Origin: Felis catus
Taxonomy: Eukaryota
Direction of reading: 5' to 3'
DNA: 64,000 nucleotides
Assembly (NCBI RefSeq): GCF_018350175.1
Contig: NC_058369.1
Coordinates: forward strand, 18,974,001-19,038,000
The notes beneath the pieces are model-generated. The model searched no databases. It saw only the letters and a program-made list of their open reading frames with translations, and was not told the DNA's origin. The position numbers and the translations under genes are program-made. Of this stretch, positions 12,432-24,828 are shown piece after piece (the first letter of the stretch is position 1; each line of letters opens with the position of its first letter).

Positions 12432-13098
12432 CTCCAGAACAGGCGACCCTGTTCAACCGCTATTCATATGGAACCATTTTTCACTTCAGTCTTCCAAAAC
12501 TCTCATTTGACTATTTACTACTTATCCAGATCTGTAACTGCATTGGTTTCATATGCTAGTCTTCAGAATTCACCAAAGGGACCTATTACTGACTGGTGAG
12601 TAGCATGTGTTGGAGTGGGATCTAGGCAGTTGAGGTGGTAGGCCCTTCTCAATCCCACTTGATGGTTCATGGCCAGCCACAGTTTGTATGGAATTGATGT
12701 TGTAATATCATTTATTTTCAGGGTTAAATGACATGGTAGGTAACTTGTTATCACTCCTTAGTAGATTTTGACTTTCTTGGCTCCTGTCTTTATGCATATA
12801 TCAACCAGTGTTTTTGCTGGGATCTGATAAGCTTGAGCGTTTAAAGCTTTGACTTGGCATTGGGTTCACTCTCCACTGCCAGTTCTGCTTACCGGAAGTG
12901 GCCCTGGCTTCATGCCTGCAGCTCAACAGTTTTTGCCTATTTAAAGTTTGAGAACAGTTTGAGATCTTTACAGCCCAAGACCCATAACCACTTGCTATGC
13001 TGAATTAACTGCCTGTCTGTAAGAACTCCATCCATCCTGAGTAAAACTTTGGAGGGAACTACTACTAGATGGTTTCACAAATCTTTCGCCCTATTCCC
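12432..13098 (-). pseudogene. Degenerate 28S (LSU) rRNA fragment, antisense to RBM6
   Basis: Colinear reverse-complement LSU landmarks: TGTTCAACCGCTATTCATATGGAACC, ATTTTCAGGG, CACTCCTTAG, GCCAGTTCTGCTTACC, ATTTAAAGTTTGAGAA, GGAGGGAAC..CTACTAGATGGTT..TCTTTCGCCCTAT. Confidence 0.93.
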
Positions 13099-14785
13099 AC
13101 CAGCAGTGTATGGGCATTCTAATTTTTCCACATCCTCATCAACTTACCTTTTTTTCATAGCCACTCTAGTGGATGTGAAGTGGTATCTCATTGTGGTTTT
13201 GATGTGCATTTCCTTTATGGGTAATGTTGAACATTTTTCCTATGCTTGTTGACCATTTGTGTGTCATCTTTAGGGGAATGTCTACTCATGCCCTTCTCCC
13301 ATTTTGTTTATTGGGTTGTCTTTTCTTATTGAGTTATGGAAGTTATTTATATAGGGATGCCTGGATGGCTCAGTGGGTTAAGCACCCGACTCTTGATTTC
13401 TGCTCAGGTCATGATCTCACAGTTGAGATCGAGCCCTGTGTGAGGCTCTGTGCTGACAGTGTGGAGCCTACTTGGGATTCTTATCTTTGTCCCTCTCTCC
13501 GCCTCTTCTCCGCTGATGTGCGTTCTCTCTCTCTCTCTCTGTCTCTCTAAATAAACACTTATTTTAAAAGTTATTTATATATTGTAGATGTAAATCCCTT
13601 ATTGAGTATATGATTTGCACACATTTTTTTCCATTCTGTGAGCTGCCTTTTTACTTTCTTGGTATCTTTTAAAGCACTAAAGTTTTAAATTTTGATGATT
13701 GCCAATTTATTTTTCCTTTTGTTATTTTTCATATCTGTCTTATCTATGAAACCATTGCCTACTCTGAGGTCATAAAGATTTATGCCAGTTTTTTTTTTTT
13801 TTAATTTTTTTTATGTTTTTTTTAACTGTTCATTTGTTTTTTAGAGAGAGGGAGGGAGGGAGAGGGAGTATGAGCAGGGGAGGGGCAGAGAGAGAGAGGG
13901 AGACACAATCCGAAGCAGGCTCCAGGCTCTGAGCTGTCAGCACAGAGCCCTATGCGAGGCTTGAACCCATGAACAGTGAGATCATGACCTGAACTGAAGT
14001 CGGACGCTCAGCCAACTGGGCCACCCAGGTGCCCCCCTTTTATGTTAATTTTTTAAATATGTTTATTTATTTTAAGGTGGGGGAGCACAGGGAAGGGAGG
14101 GGCAGAGAGAGAAAGAATCCCAAGCAGGCTCTGTGCTGTCTGCACAGAGCCCAAGGTGGGGCTCAATCCCATGAACCATGAAATCATGACCTGAGTTGAA
14201 ATCAAGAGTTGGACACTTAAAGGACTAAACCACCCAGGTGCCCCATTGAGTTAATTTTTATAAATGGCATGATACAGGGGTCCAACTTCATTCTTGTGTT
14301 TGGTGACATGTTGTCTTAGTACCATTTGTTAAAAAGACTGTCCTTTGTTGAATGGTCTTTGGCACTCTTGTCTAAAATACTTGATCCTAGGGGCGCCTGG
14401 GTGGCACAGTCGGTTAAGCGTCCGACTTCAGCCAGGTCACGATCTCGCAGTCCGTGAGTTCGAGCCCCGCGTCAGGCTCTGGGCTGATGGCTCGGAGCCT
14501 GGAGCCTGTTTCCGATTCTGTGTCTCCCTCTCTCTCTGCCCCTTCCCCGTTCGTGCTCTGTCTCTCTCTGTCCCAAAAATAAATAAACGTTGAAAAAAAA
14601 ATTAAAAAAAAAAATAAAATAAATTAAATACTTGATCCTAAATGTGAGGATTTATTTCTGAACTCTGAATTCTGTCCCACTGATCTTACTGCCATCCTTG
14701 TGCCAGTGCCACACTGTCTTGATTAGTGTAACTTTGTATTAAGTTTTATAATCTGCAAGTTTGAGTCCTCAAACTTTGTTATATA
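13094..14785 (-). mobile_element. Old L1M ORF2/3' fragment carrying four SINEs (+13353, -13789, -14040, +14390)
   Basis: ttcccaccagcagtgtatg…gtgaagtggtatctcattgtggttttgat…accatttgttaaaaagactgtcc. Confidence 0.87.
14390..14625 (+). mobile_element. Young felid SINE (SINEC_Fc type)
   Basis: CpG-intact body; TSD AAATACTTGATCCTA. Confidence 0.95.
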
Positions 14786-14787
14786 TA

Positions 14788-15225
14788 CAGGCATATCTTG
14801 TTTTGTTGCATTTTACAGATACTGCATCTTATACAGATTGAAGGTTTGTGGGAACCCTGAGTGGAGTAGGTCTATCAGCACCATTTTTCCACCAGTATTT
14901 GCTCATTTTGTCTCTGTATCATATTCTGGTGATACAGTATTTCATACTTTTCACTATTATTTGTCATGGTGATCAGTGATTATAGTTTGCTAAAAGCTCA
15001 GATGATGGTTAGCATTTTTTAGCAATAAAGTATTTTTAACTAAGGTATGTACATTGTTTTTTTTAGACATAATGCTATTGCACACTTAATAGATGGCAGT
15101 ACAGTGTAAACATAACTTTTATATGCCCTGGGAAACCACAAAATTCATTTCAATCACTTTACTGCAATATTCACTTTATTGCAGTAACCTGGAACCAGAT
15201 CTGCACTATCTCCAAAGTTTGCCTG
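14788..15225 (+). mobile_element. Tigger1-derived non-autonomous DNA transposon with both ends
   Basis: TA|CAGGCATATC … GTTTGCCTG|TA terminal inverted repeats and TA duplication; internal ttgaaggtttgtgggaaccctg. Confidence 0.88.
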
Positions 15226-15543
15226 TATTCTTTTCTGTTTTGCACAAATGATATGATGTTACAAATAGTTATTTTGCACATATTTTAAGACTTAATGTAT
15301 AATAACATCCTAGATCAACTAGCATAGCTACCTTATTTTTTGAGAGTTGCGTGGTATTTTAATAGTGTAGTATACTCAATTGATGTACGTTTAGATTTTA
15401 TAATCTTTTGCTATTATAAACAGTGCTGCAATATGTACATTTGTAAATATGTCACCTCACACTGTAAGTTTCTAGGGAATGCATTCCTAGAAGAGGAACT
15501 GGAAAGTCAGGGGCAATATGTATTTAAAAGTTTGTGAATTGTA

Positions 15544-16125
15544 CCCCTCTCTCTCTCTGCCCCACCCCTGCTTGCACTCTGTCTCTCTCTTTCAAAATGA
15601 ATAAACATTAAAAAAATTTAAAAAGGGGGGGAGTGTCTGGGTGGCTCGTTGGTTGAGCATCTGACTTTGGCTCAGGTGATGATCTCGTGGTGTGAGTTTG
15701 AGCCGCGTGGGGTTCTGTGCTGACAGCTCAGATCCTGGAGCCTGCTTCGGATTCTGTGTCCCTCTCTCTCTCCACCCCACCCCTGCTTGTGCTCTCTCTC
15801 TTTCAAAAATGAATAAACATTTAAAAAAAAATTTTTTTAAGTTTGTGAATTGTAGTTTTCCTTATGTTACTGACTTTTAACTTCATCCCCATTGGTCAGA
15901 GAAGATACTTAAATGGTATCTTTTTTTTTTAAGTTTATTTATTTATGTCGTGAGGGACGGAGACAGCGTGAGTGGGGAAGGGGTGGGGTGGAGAGAGAAT
16001 CCCAAGCAGGCTCTGCACTCTGCAGAGCTGGATGCGGGACTTGAACTCATGAAACCGCAAGATCATGCATGACCTGAGACAAAACCAAGAGTCTGATGTT
16101 TAACCGACAGCCACCCAGGTGCCCC
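15544..16125. mobile_element. Can-SINE cluster (+ partial 15544-15625, + 15626-15838, - 15920-16125)
   Basis: Heads and tails visible; TSD AAGTTTGTGAATTGTA encloses the two + copies. Confidence 0.88.
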
Positions 16126-16350
16126 GGTATCTTTTTATATCTATTGAGACCTATTTGTGGTTTAACAAATGGTCCATCCTGGAGACTAGTCCGGGTGCAC
16201 TTGAGAAAATGTGATTCTGCTACTTTTGCATAGATTGTTCTGTTTGTGTCTATTAGATCTCTAATTGTGTTAAGCTATTTCCTTTTATTCTGTCTGGTTG
16301 ACCGATTCTTGAAAGTGCAGTTTGAAATTTCCAGTTATTAGAGAACTGTT

Positions 16351-16578
16351 GGGGCGCCTGGGTGGCGCAGTCGGTTGAGCGTCCGACTTCAGCCAGGTCA
16401 CGATCTCGCGGTCTGTGAGTTCGAGCCCCGCGTCAGGCTCTGGGCTGATGGCTCAGAGACGGGAGCCTGTTTCTGATTCTGTGTCTCCCTCTCTCTCTGC
16501 CCCTCCCCCGTTCATGCTCTGTGTCTCTCTGTCCCAAAAATAAATAAACGTTGAAAAAAAAAATTAAAAAAAAAAAAA
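16351..16578 (+). mobile_element. Young felid SINE (SINEC_Fc type)
   Basis: CpG-intact body; TSD AGAGAACTGTT. Confidence 0.95.
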
Positions 16579-17139
16579 GAGAACTGTTGATTTTTCTCTT
16601 CACATTTTCAGTTTTTGCTTCATATATTTTGAGAATCTGTTATTAGGTGCTTAATATTTATGATTTATCTTCTTGCTGTATATTTTGAACCTTTAGTTAA
16701 TATCTGATGTCATCCTTTGTCTTTCATAAACTTTGGACTCAAAGTCTGTTTTGTCTGAGGGGTGCCTGGGTGATTCAGTTGGTTAAGCATCCGACTCTGA
16801 ATTTCGGCTCAGGTCATGATCTCACGATTCATGAGTTCGAGTCCCACATTGGGTCTGCACTGACTGCAGAACCTGCTTGAGATTCTCACTCTCTCCCTCT
16901 TTGTCTGCCCCTTCCCCACACGCGTGTGCGTGCAGTCATTCTCTCTCAAAAATAAACATTAAAAAAAAAAAGTCTATTTTGTCAGATATTAATCTAGCAC
17001 CTCAGCTTTCATTTGGTTACTATTTGCATGGAATATCTTTTCTGTCTTTTCACTTTCAACCTATTTGTGTCTTTGGATCTAAAGTGAGTCTCTTTAACCA
17101 TATACAGCTTATACAGTTATACAACATATTCACAGCATA

Positions 17140-19540
17140 TAGAGTTGATACTTGAATGGCATGGTGGGTTGGGGCACCAACTCCATGCACTGATGAAAAT
17201 CCATGTATAATTTTTAAATCCCCAAAACTTAACTACTAATAGCCTATTGTTGACTGGAAGCCTTACTGACAACTGAAAAAGTCAGCACATATTTTGTATG
17301 TTATATGTATTATATGCTGCTGTATTCTTTTTTTTTAATGTTCTTTTTTTTTTTTTTTTTTTTTTGGGACAGAGAGAGACAGAGCATGAACGGGGGAGGG
17401 GCAGAGAGAGAGGGAGACACAGAATCAGAAACAGGCTCCAGGCTCCGAGCCATCAGCCCAGAGCCCGACGCGGGGCTCGAACTCCCGGACCGCGAGATCG
17501 TGACCTGGCTGAAGTCGGACGCTTAACCGACTGCGCCACCCAGGCGCCCCTTTAATGTTCATTTTTGAAAGAGAGTGCGAGCAGGTGAGGGGCAGAGAGA
17601 AGAGGGAGACAGCAAATCTAAAGCAGGCCCCGTGTGGTCGTTGCAGAGCCTGATGTGGGACGATCATGACCTGAGCTGAAACAGGCTGCTTAACCAACTG
17701 AACTACCCAGGCACTCCAGTATATACTGTATTCTTAAGGATGAGGTAAGCTAGAGAGAAAATACTATTAAAATCTCAAGGAAGAGAAAATACACATAGTA
17801 CTGTTTTTTTAATCAATACCATCTATTTAATTGTTTACAAAAATGAATTGTTAGTACCTATATCAATATTGTGTTTTTATCAATAGTAACCTTATCAGTA
17901 TTATCATAACTTATATGATAAAAACAGTATAGATGTTTATACATATTACTAACAGTAGATATCAAAAACAAAAAGATAATGGGGTGCCTGGTTGGTTCAG
18001 TCGGTTAAATGTCCAACTTCGGGTCAGATCATGATCTCACTGTTTGTGAGTTCAAGCCCCCTGTTGGGCTCTGTGCTGACAGCTCAGAGCCTGGAGCCTG
18101 TTTTGGATTCTGTGTCTCTCTCTGTCTCTGCCCCTTGTCTATATGCGCTCTGTCTCTCTCAAAAAATAAACATTTAAAAAAAGAATATATAAGAAATTCA
18201 TATTTATTTACAGGTACTGATGATTCATGCAGTGGCACCAAGGAAGCAGCAATATGATTGCTTTATGGTAGCCTAGCCTGTACACTAATGAACAAATCAT
18301 TATAAAATTTTTGTGGCATACAGTATTACAGTCATATTCATAATACAGTATTGGAAACACTGTTAGATTTTTAAAATATTTACCTGTGATGATAGGCTGA
18401 TAATGCAGTTTCTCCAGTTATGGGAGAGAGAGGCATACTGTATGGTAATGTAATTCTTTGAAAAAAATGTTATAAGATAGCAAGAAAACTAACATATTAT
18501 TAATTTTCTGTTAAATGTCACTCACATTATGCCTATGTAAGGATAGACTGTCCACTTCATACAAGTCTTGCACATGATGTTCTACACCATGAATACTTGG
18601 GTGACAACACAGAACATCTCATATGGCTCTTGGCCATACAGTTATTATATTTTCATACAAAGACACACATACAACAGGCTTATTTATTTATTTATATTTT
18701 TAAAGTTTGTTTTATTTAGAGAAAGTGTAAGTTGGGGAAGGGCAGAGAGGGAAAGAGAGAGAATCCCAAACAAGCTCCACACTGTCAGTGCAGAGCCTGA
18801 TGCAGGGCTCAAACTCAGGAACTACAAGATCATGACCTGACCTGAAGTCAGACCATTAACTGACTGAGCCTTCCAGGTGCCTCCTTTTATGGCTTTTTCT
18901 ATAACAATGGCATCTTCAGTGGTGTAATCCTTCCAGACTTTCATGATATTCTGTCAGGGTTCTCTTTCATAGCATTGACAGTCCTTTCCATAGAGTACCA
19001 TGTTTAATAAACATTAAAGGTCCTTATAATTCCCTGATCTAAAAGCTGAATTAGAGATGTGTTTGGGGGCAGGTAGACTACTTTGGCACCTTTGGCTTTG
19101 AACTCATGGGGTTCTGGGTGGTCAAGGGCATTGTCCAATATGAAAAGGACTTTAAAAGTCAGTTCTTACCAGCAAGGTACTTCCAGACTTCAGGAACTCA
19201 GCATCAGTGGAACCAATCCAGAAAAAGTGTTCTTGTTCAGGCTTTCTTGTTGTATAACCAGAAGACTGGCTCAGGGGTTAGCAGCTTTACAGCTCATGAG
19301 CTTGACTCAAAACAGTAGAGTTAGCCTATATTTCCCTGCCTTATATCTTGGTGCTCTCTTCTCTTAATGATAGATGTCCCTTGTGGCATTTTTTTTTTTT
19401 TTTCTTTCTGGAGTAGGACCCATTCATCTGGGTTATTATAAACCAGACATTCTTTTTCCCTCAGTGATTTTATTAGTGATTCTGAGAACTTACCTGCTGC
19501 TTCCTGGTTGGCAGAAGCTGCTTCTTCCATTGTCTTGACT
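17140..19540 (-). mobile_element. Tigger2-family DNA transposon with decayed DDE transposase, interrupted by four SINEs
   Basis: End motif aaaatccatgtataa…ccccaaaacttaactactaatagcctattgttgactggaagcc; - strand reads VLFILDNALDHPEPHEF..VVYLPPNTSLIQLLDQGIIRTF and EAASANQEAA. Confidence 0.88.
17343..17550 (-). mobile_element. Young felid SINE inserted in the tail of an older SINE (17551-17717)
   Basis: CpG-intact body; TSD TTTAATGTTC. Confidence 0.93.
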
Positions 19541-19589
19541 TTTTTTTTTTATTAAAAAAAAATGTTTAAAAAAATTTTTGTACTGTATA

Positions 19590-20135
19590 TTTTTTTGAAG
19601 TTTTATTTTATTTTAATTTACATCCAAGTTAGCATATAGTGCAACAGTGATTTCAGGAGTAGATTCCTTAATGCCCCTTAACCATTTAGCCCATCCCCCT
19701 TCCCACAACCCTTCCAGTAACCCTCTGTTTGTTCTCCATATTTAGAGGTCTCATGTTTTGTCCCCCTCCTTGTTTTTATATAATTTTTTCTTCCCTTCCC
19801 TTGTGTTCATCTGTTCTGTCTTAAAGTCCTCATATGAGTGAAGTTGTATATTTGTCTTCCTCTGACTAATTTCGCTTAGCATAATTAATAGCCTCCAGTT
19901 CCATCCACATAGTTGCAAATGGCAAGATTTCATTCTTTTTGATTGCCAAGTAATACTCCATTGTATATGTATACCACATCTTCTTTATCCATTCATCCAT
20001 CGATTGACATTTGGGCTCTTTCCATACTTTGGCTGTTGTTGATAGTGCTGCTATAAACATTGGGGTGCATGTGCCCCTTTGGAACAGCATACCTGTATCC
20101 TTTGGATAAATACCTAATAGTGCAATTGCTGGGTC
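19590..20135 (-). mobile_element. Carnivore/felid L1 3' end (5'-truncated)
   Basis: ORF track CTPMFIAALSTTAKVWKEPKCQSMDEWIKKMWY is the L1 ORF2 C-terminus; carnivore-type 3' UTR. Confidence 0.92.
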
Positions 20136-22499
20136 AAAAAAAATTTTTTTAATGTTTGTTTATTTTTGAGAGATTGTTTTAAAATAATGTGGAAAGTAAA
20201 AAGTGGAGTTACAAACCAAAGTTATAATAATACTAGCTTTTGTAATTGCCCCTGTATTTATCTTTACCAGAGATCTTCATTTCTTTATATAGCTTTGATT
20301 ACTATTTAGCTTCTTTTTCAATTTCAACTGGAAGAACTCCTTTTAACATGTCTTGCAGGGCTCATCTAATGGTAATGAACTCCCTCAGCTTTTGTTTATC
20401 TGGGAATGTGTCATTTCTTGGAGGACAGTTTTCTCAAATATAGAATTCTTGATTGACAGAGTGACTGAGTGTCTTGGTTGAGTGTCCAACTCTTGATTTC
20501 AGCTCAGGTCATGATCCCAGGGTCGTGGGTGGAGCCTGCTTAAGATTCTCTCGCTTCCTCTTTCTCGCTCGCTATCCCTCTCCCCCACTTGTGCGCATGC
20601 ACTCTCTCTCTCTAAAAATGAAAAAAAAAAATTCTTGACAGTTTATGTTTCCTTAGTATTTTACTTACTTAAATATTTTTTTCAAGTTTTATTTAAATTC
20701 TAGTTAACGTATAGTGTAATACTGGTTTCAGAAGTAGAATTTACTGATTCTTCACTTATACCCTTAGTATTTTAATAAATTGTCTACTGCTCTGTGGTCT
20801 CTAAGGTTTCTAATGAGGAATTAGCTGATAATCTTTTTTTTTTTTTTTTTTTTTTTTGGCTGATAATCTTATTGAGGGTCTTGTCACTTCTGTGTTGAAA
20901 ATTCTTTGTCTTTTTAAAATTATTTTTAAATTTATTTTTATTGGTTTTTTTTCTTTATTTTTTGAGAGAGAGAGACAGAACAAGCTGGGGAGGGGCAGAG
21001 AGAGAGAGACAGACAGACAGACAGATAGACAGACAGAATCTGAAGCAGGCTCCCGGCTCTAAGCTGTTAGCACAGAGCCTGATGCAGGGCTCGAACTCAC
21101 AAACAGATCATGACCTGAGTCGAGGTTGGAAGCTTAACTGACTGAGCCACCCAGGTGCCCCCAAAATTCTTTGTCTTTTGACAGTTTGATCATATTGTGT
21201 CTTAATGTGAGTTTATCCTACTTGTACTTCATTTAGCTTCCTGGATTTATATATTCATATCTTTCATAACATTTGGTGGATTTTTTGTTGTTTTTGTTTT
21301 TTGTTTTTTGTTTTTTGACCATTCTTCAAATAATCTTTCTGCCCTTTCTCTCTCTCTTCTCCTGAGACTCCCATAATCATTGTCCATTTGATGGTATTTC
21401 CAGGCCCCCTGGGTTTTGTTCACCTTTGTTCATTAATTTTTCTTTCTGTTCTTCAGACTTTATAATTTCAACCGGCTGGTCTTCAAATTCGCTAATTTTT
21501 CTGCCTGCTCAAATCTCTTGAACCCTTCTAGTGAACTTTTCATTGCACTTGTTGTAATTACAGCTCCAGGGTTTTTAATTTATTTTTTTATTCCACTGTA
21601 TAAATTTCTGTCTCTTCATAAATATTCTGATTTTGTTTATACATGGTTTTCCTGGTTTCCTTTAGTTCTTTAAGCATAATTAACATAGTTGTCATAAAGT
21701 CTTTGTCTAGTAAATCTGATGTCTAGGTTTATTAAGAGATAGTTTCTGTTGATTTATTTCGTTTCTTTGAATGGGCCATATTTTCTTATTTCTTTGTCTT
21801 GTGATTTTTTTCCTTGTTATTGAAAATTGGGCATCATAATTTGATAACTCTGAAAATCACATTCTCCCCTTTTGTTGGGGTTTACGGATTTTTTTTTTTT
21901 TTTTTTTGATTGTTGAAGGCTGTGGTAGTCTGTTTCGAGGCTTTTTCTAAACTATTTTGCCAAGACTATTCCTTGTCCTCACTATGTGATCACTGATGTC
22001 TGTGTTCCTTTAGCTCATGCTCATCTAATATTTAGACCAAGATTTCTGTGTATGCCAGAAGCTCAAACAAATGAAAAACAAAAAACACACTAACAAAAAC
22101 AAAAAAAGAGAAAAGCAGAAAAATGTATAACCACCTGTGTTTTTGCAGAGTGGCTCTGTGCTGGGGCACTCCTTCAACATTTAGTAGCCTTCCTCTGGGC
22201 ATTGGGATCAATCTGAGGTGAAAGGTTAAAGGTCTTTTCAGGTCTTGTCTCATTATGTGTGTTGCCTGGGTGTGTGTGTAGTTTTCTAAATTTTCGCATA
22301 TACCTGTTGCTTTGAAATGTTGTAATTTCTCAAAGTGTTTTCACCCCAACTTCCTCATTATCTTTGAGTAGGCTTTGCAGCTTTTATTAGCAGTGCTTGC
22401 TAATATCAGGTATCTCCCAAATAGATTAGAACAGATATACTCAGTAATTTGCAAATCAGGTTTCCCTCTGATTTGAGGGAGGGAACTGGGCTGCCACTT

Positions 22500-22773
22500 T
22501 TTCTTCTTCTTCTTCTTTTTTAATGTTTATTTATTTATTTTGAGAGAGAGAGAGAGGGAGGGAGGGAGGGAGGGAGGGAGGGAGGGAGGGAGGGAGGGGG
22601 TCCGAGTGAGGGAGCGTGCACGGGGGAGGGGCAGAGAGAGAGGAAGAGAGAATCCCAAGCAGGCTCTGAGTTTTCAGCCCAGAGCCCGACATGGAGCTCA
22701 AAAATGCTGAGATCATGACCTGAGGTGAAATCAAGAGTCGGATGCTCAACCGACTGAGTCTCCCAGGTATCCC
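22500..22773 (-). mobile_element. Can-SINE with (GGGA)n expansion
   Basis: TSD TGGGCTGCCACTTTTTC; GGGA run 22556-22600. Confidence 0.9.
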
Positions 22774-23494
22774 TGGGCTGCCACTTTTTCAAGACCAGAA
22801 CCACTGCCATGCAAGGGTGAGTGGGATAGGGATGAGTAAAAACACCACAAAAGTTGCCTATTATTTTGAAGAGATTTTTCTTGATTGAACAGTCTCTTGG
22901 TTGTTGTACACCTTTGGCTGTTTTCCAAGCTCCATCACAGCTGGTTCAGCCATTTGCTGCTGTTTTTTGATGTTTCTGTGGAAGAATGAGGGTTTGGAAC
23001 TTCCTCATCTGCCATTTTGTTGAAATGTGGATTGTTTTTTCACTCTTGGTAGTGTACTTTGTGTAAAAGTTTGGATTTTGATGAAGTCCACTTTATTTTT
23101 AATTTTTTCCTTATGCTTTTGGTGTCATTTTAAAAAGCCATTGCTAAATCCAATGTAATGAAAGTTTGCATCGTATGTATGTATGTATGTATGTATGTAT
23201 TTATTTGACGTTTATTTGAGAGAGAGAGAGCATACACACATGTGTGCGGGGCAGAGAGAGGGAGAGAGAATTCCTAGCAGGCTCTGTGCTGTTGGCACAG
23301 AGTCCAATGTGGGGCCTGAACTCAGGAACTGCGAGGTCAGTGACCTGAGCAGAGATCAAGAGTTGGAGCCTTAACTGAATCAGCCACCCAGGTGTCCCTT
23401 AATCTTTTTTAGTAGCTGCAGCAAAAATCCTGGAGATGGCTTCTAAGCTTGCCTTGGGTTACATGCCCATTTTAATTTTTTTTTTTTTATTTTT

Positions 23495-23845
23495 TAACAG
23501 GAGAAAATTAAATTTAGTGTCATACATATGAGGAATCCATACAGACATGAAATTCTCAAAGCAGTATGGCAACAAGAGGTTTGTAAGACATACTGAATAA
23601 GGAGAAGGGTAGTGGTCTTAAGGTACAAAGGGGAGGAAGACCATTAGCAGAAAGGTGAGAAGAGAAACAAAGTTTGCCTTATTATGCAGATAAGTTTTTT
23701 GGTAAAGAGGAATCTCTCTTAATTGCTCTCTTCCTGTACAATCAGGCAGTTAAGAAGGAGATAAAAAGTTTTTCCTGCTAGGTTTTGATTTCTTTTAATT
23801 CAAAATAATGTTTATACCATAGTGGTACATCTTAGTACATGCCCC
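23495..23845. mobile_element. ERV1-type LTR remnant
   Basis: taacaggagaaaa…, ttatgcagataag…, ttcaaaataat…; family uncertain. Confidence 0.5.
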
Positions 23846-24293
23846 CACCCCCCCTTTTTTTTTTGAGAGAGAGCAAGCTTGCAAGCTAGCTTGAAAGCGG
23901 GAGCAGGAGCAGGGAGGAGCATAGGGAGAGGGAGCAGGCTCCATGCCTAGTGTGGGCCCTGACTTGGGGCTGATCTCACAACTGTGAGATCATGACCTGA
24001 GCCAAAATCAAGAATCTGATGCTTAACCGACTGAGCCACCCGGACCCCCAGTACATGGCCATATTTTGAGCAATCACTGTGATGAGGGCGGTAGACTGTT
24101 CTAATTGGCCAGGCTGGATTGTGTGGGCTCAACCACAGACTGAGAATGGTGTCAATGTTGAGATGCTGTTTCCAAAAAGGAAGGTGAATGGATGCTGGAA
24201 AAATTAGTAAGTATTTAGTAAGTGTAAAGCATTCTTAGTACATTGAGAAATTTGTAATGCCCCAGGGTACACATATTTAAAAGTGAATTTCTT

Positions 24294-24600
<307 letters not shown>

Positions 24601-24763
24601 TATTTTTAATGTATTTCTCTTGTTATAAAGTAATGAGTAAATGTTTACAAGTGACTTCTAAAAATATCCCTGCTGTTGTTCCTGATAAGCCAGGTGGCAG
24701 AAATTAGTTTAGCCTTTACTTCATGTTCTAATGTGTTTGTTTTTTGTGGTTTGTTATATACAG

Positions 24764-24828
24764 GTACTACTATAACCACACAGTTTGGTAGCAAAAGGAT
24801 CTATTTACTGGGCCCTCTTGACATAGAG
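24764..24828 (+). other. RBM6: RBM6 exon 2, 5' UTR part
   Basis: U-rich tract and acceptor TATACAG|GTACT at 24763/24764, continuous with the start codon. Confidence 0.85.

Larger units (their letters stand above)
15840..23030 (-). mobile_element. Long, old L1 (ORF2 5' part, ORF1, 5' region) fragmented by later insertions
   Basis: tggtcagagaagatactt…, ggttactatttgcatggaatatcttt…, ggtaatgaactccctcagcttttgtttatctgggaa…, ctgccattttg near 23010. Confidence 0.75.

Noticed and set aside
11420..13098. Functional rRNA gene or contaminant rDNA
   Set aside because: Partial, heavily mutated at universally conserved positions, CpG-depleted and interrupted by a host SINE with a TSD
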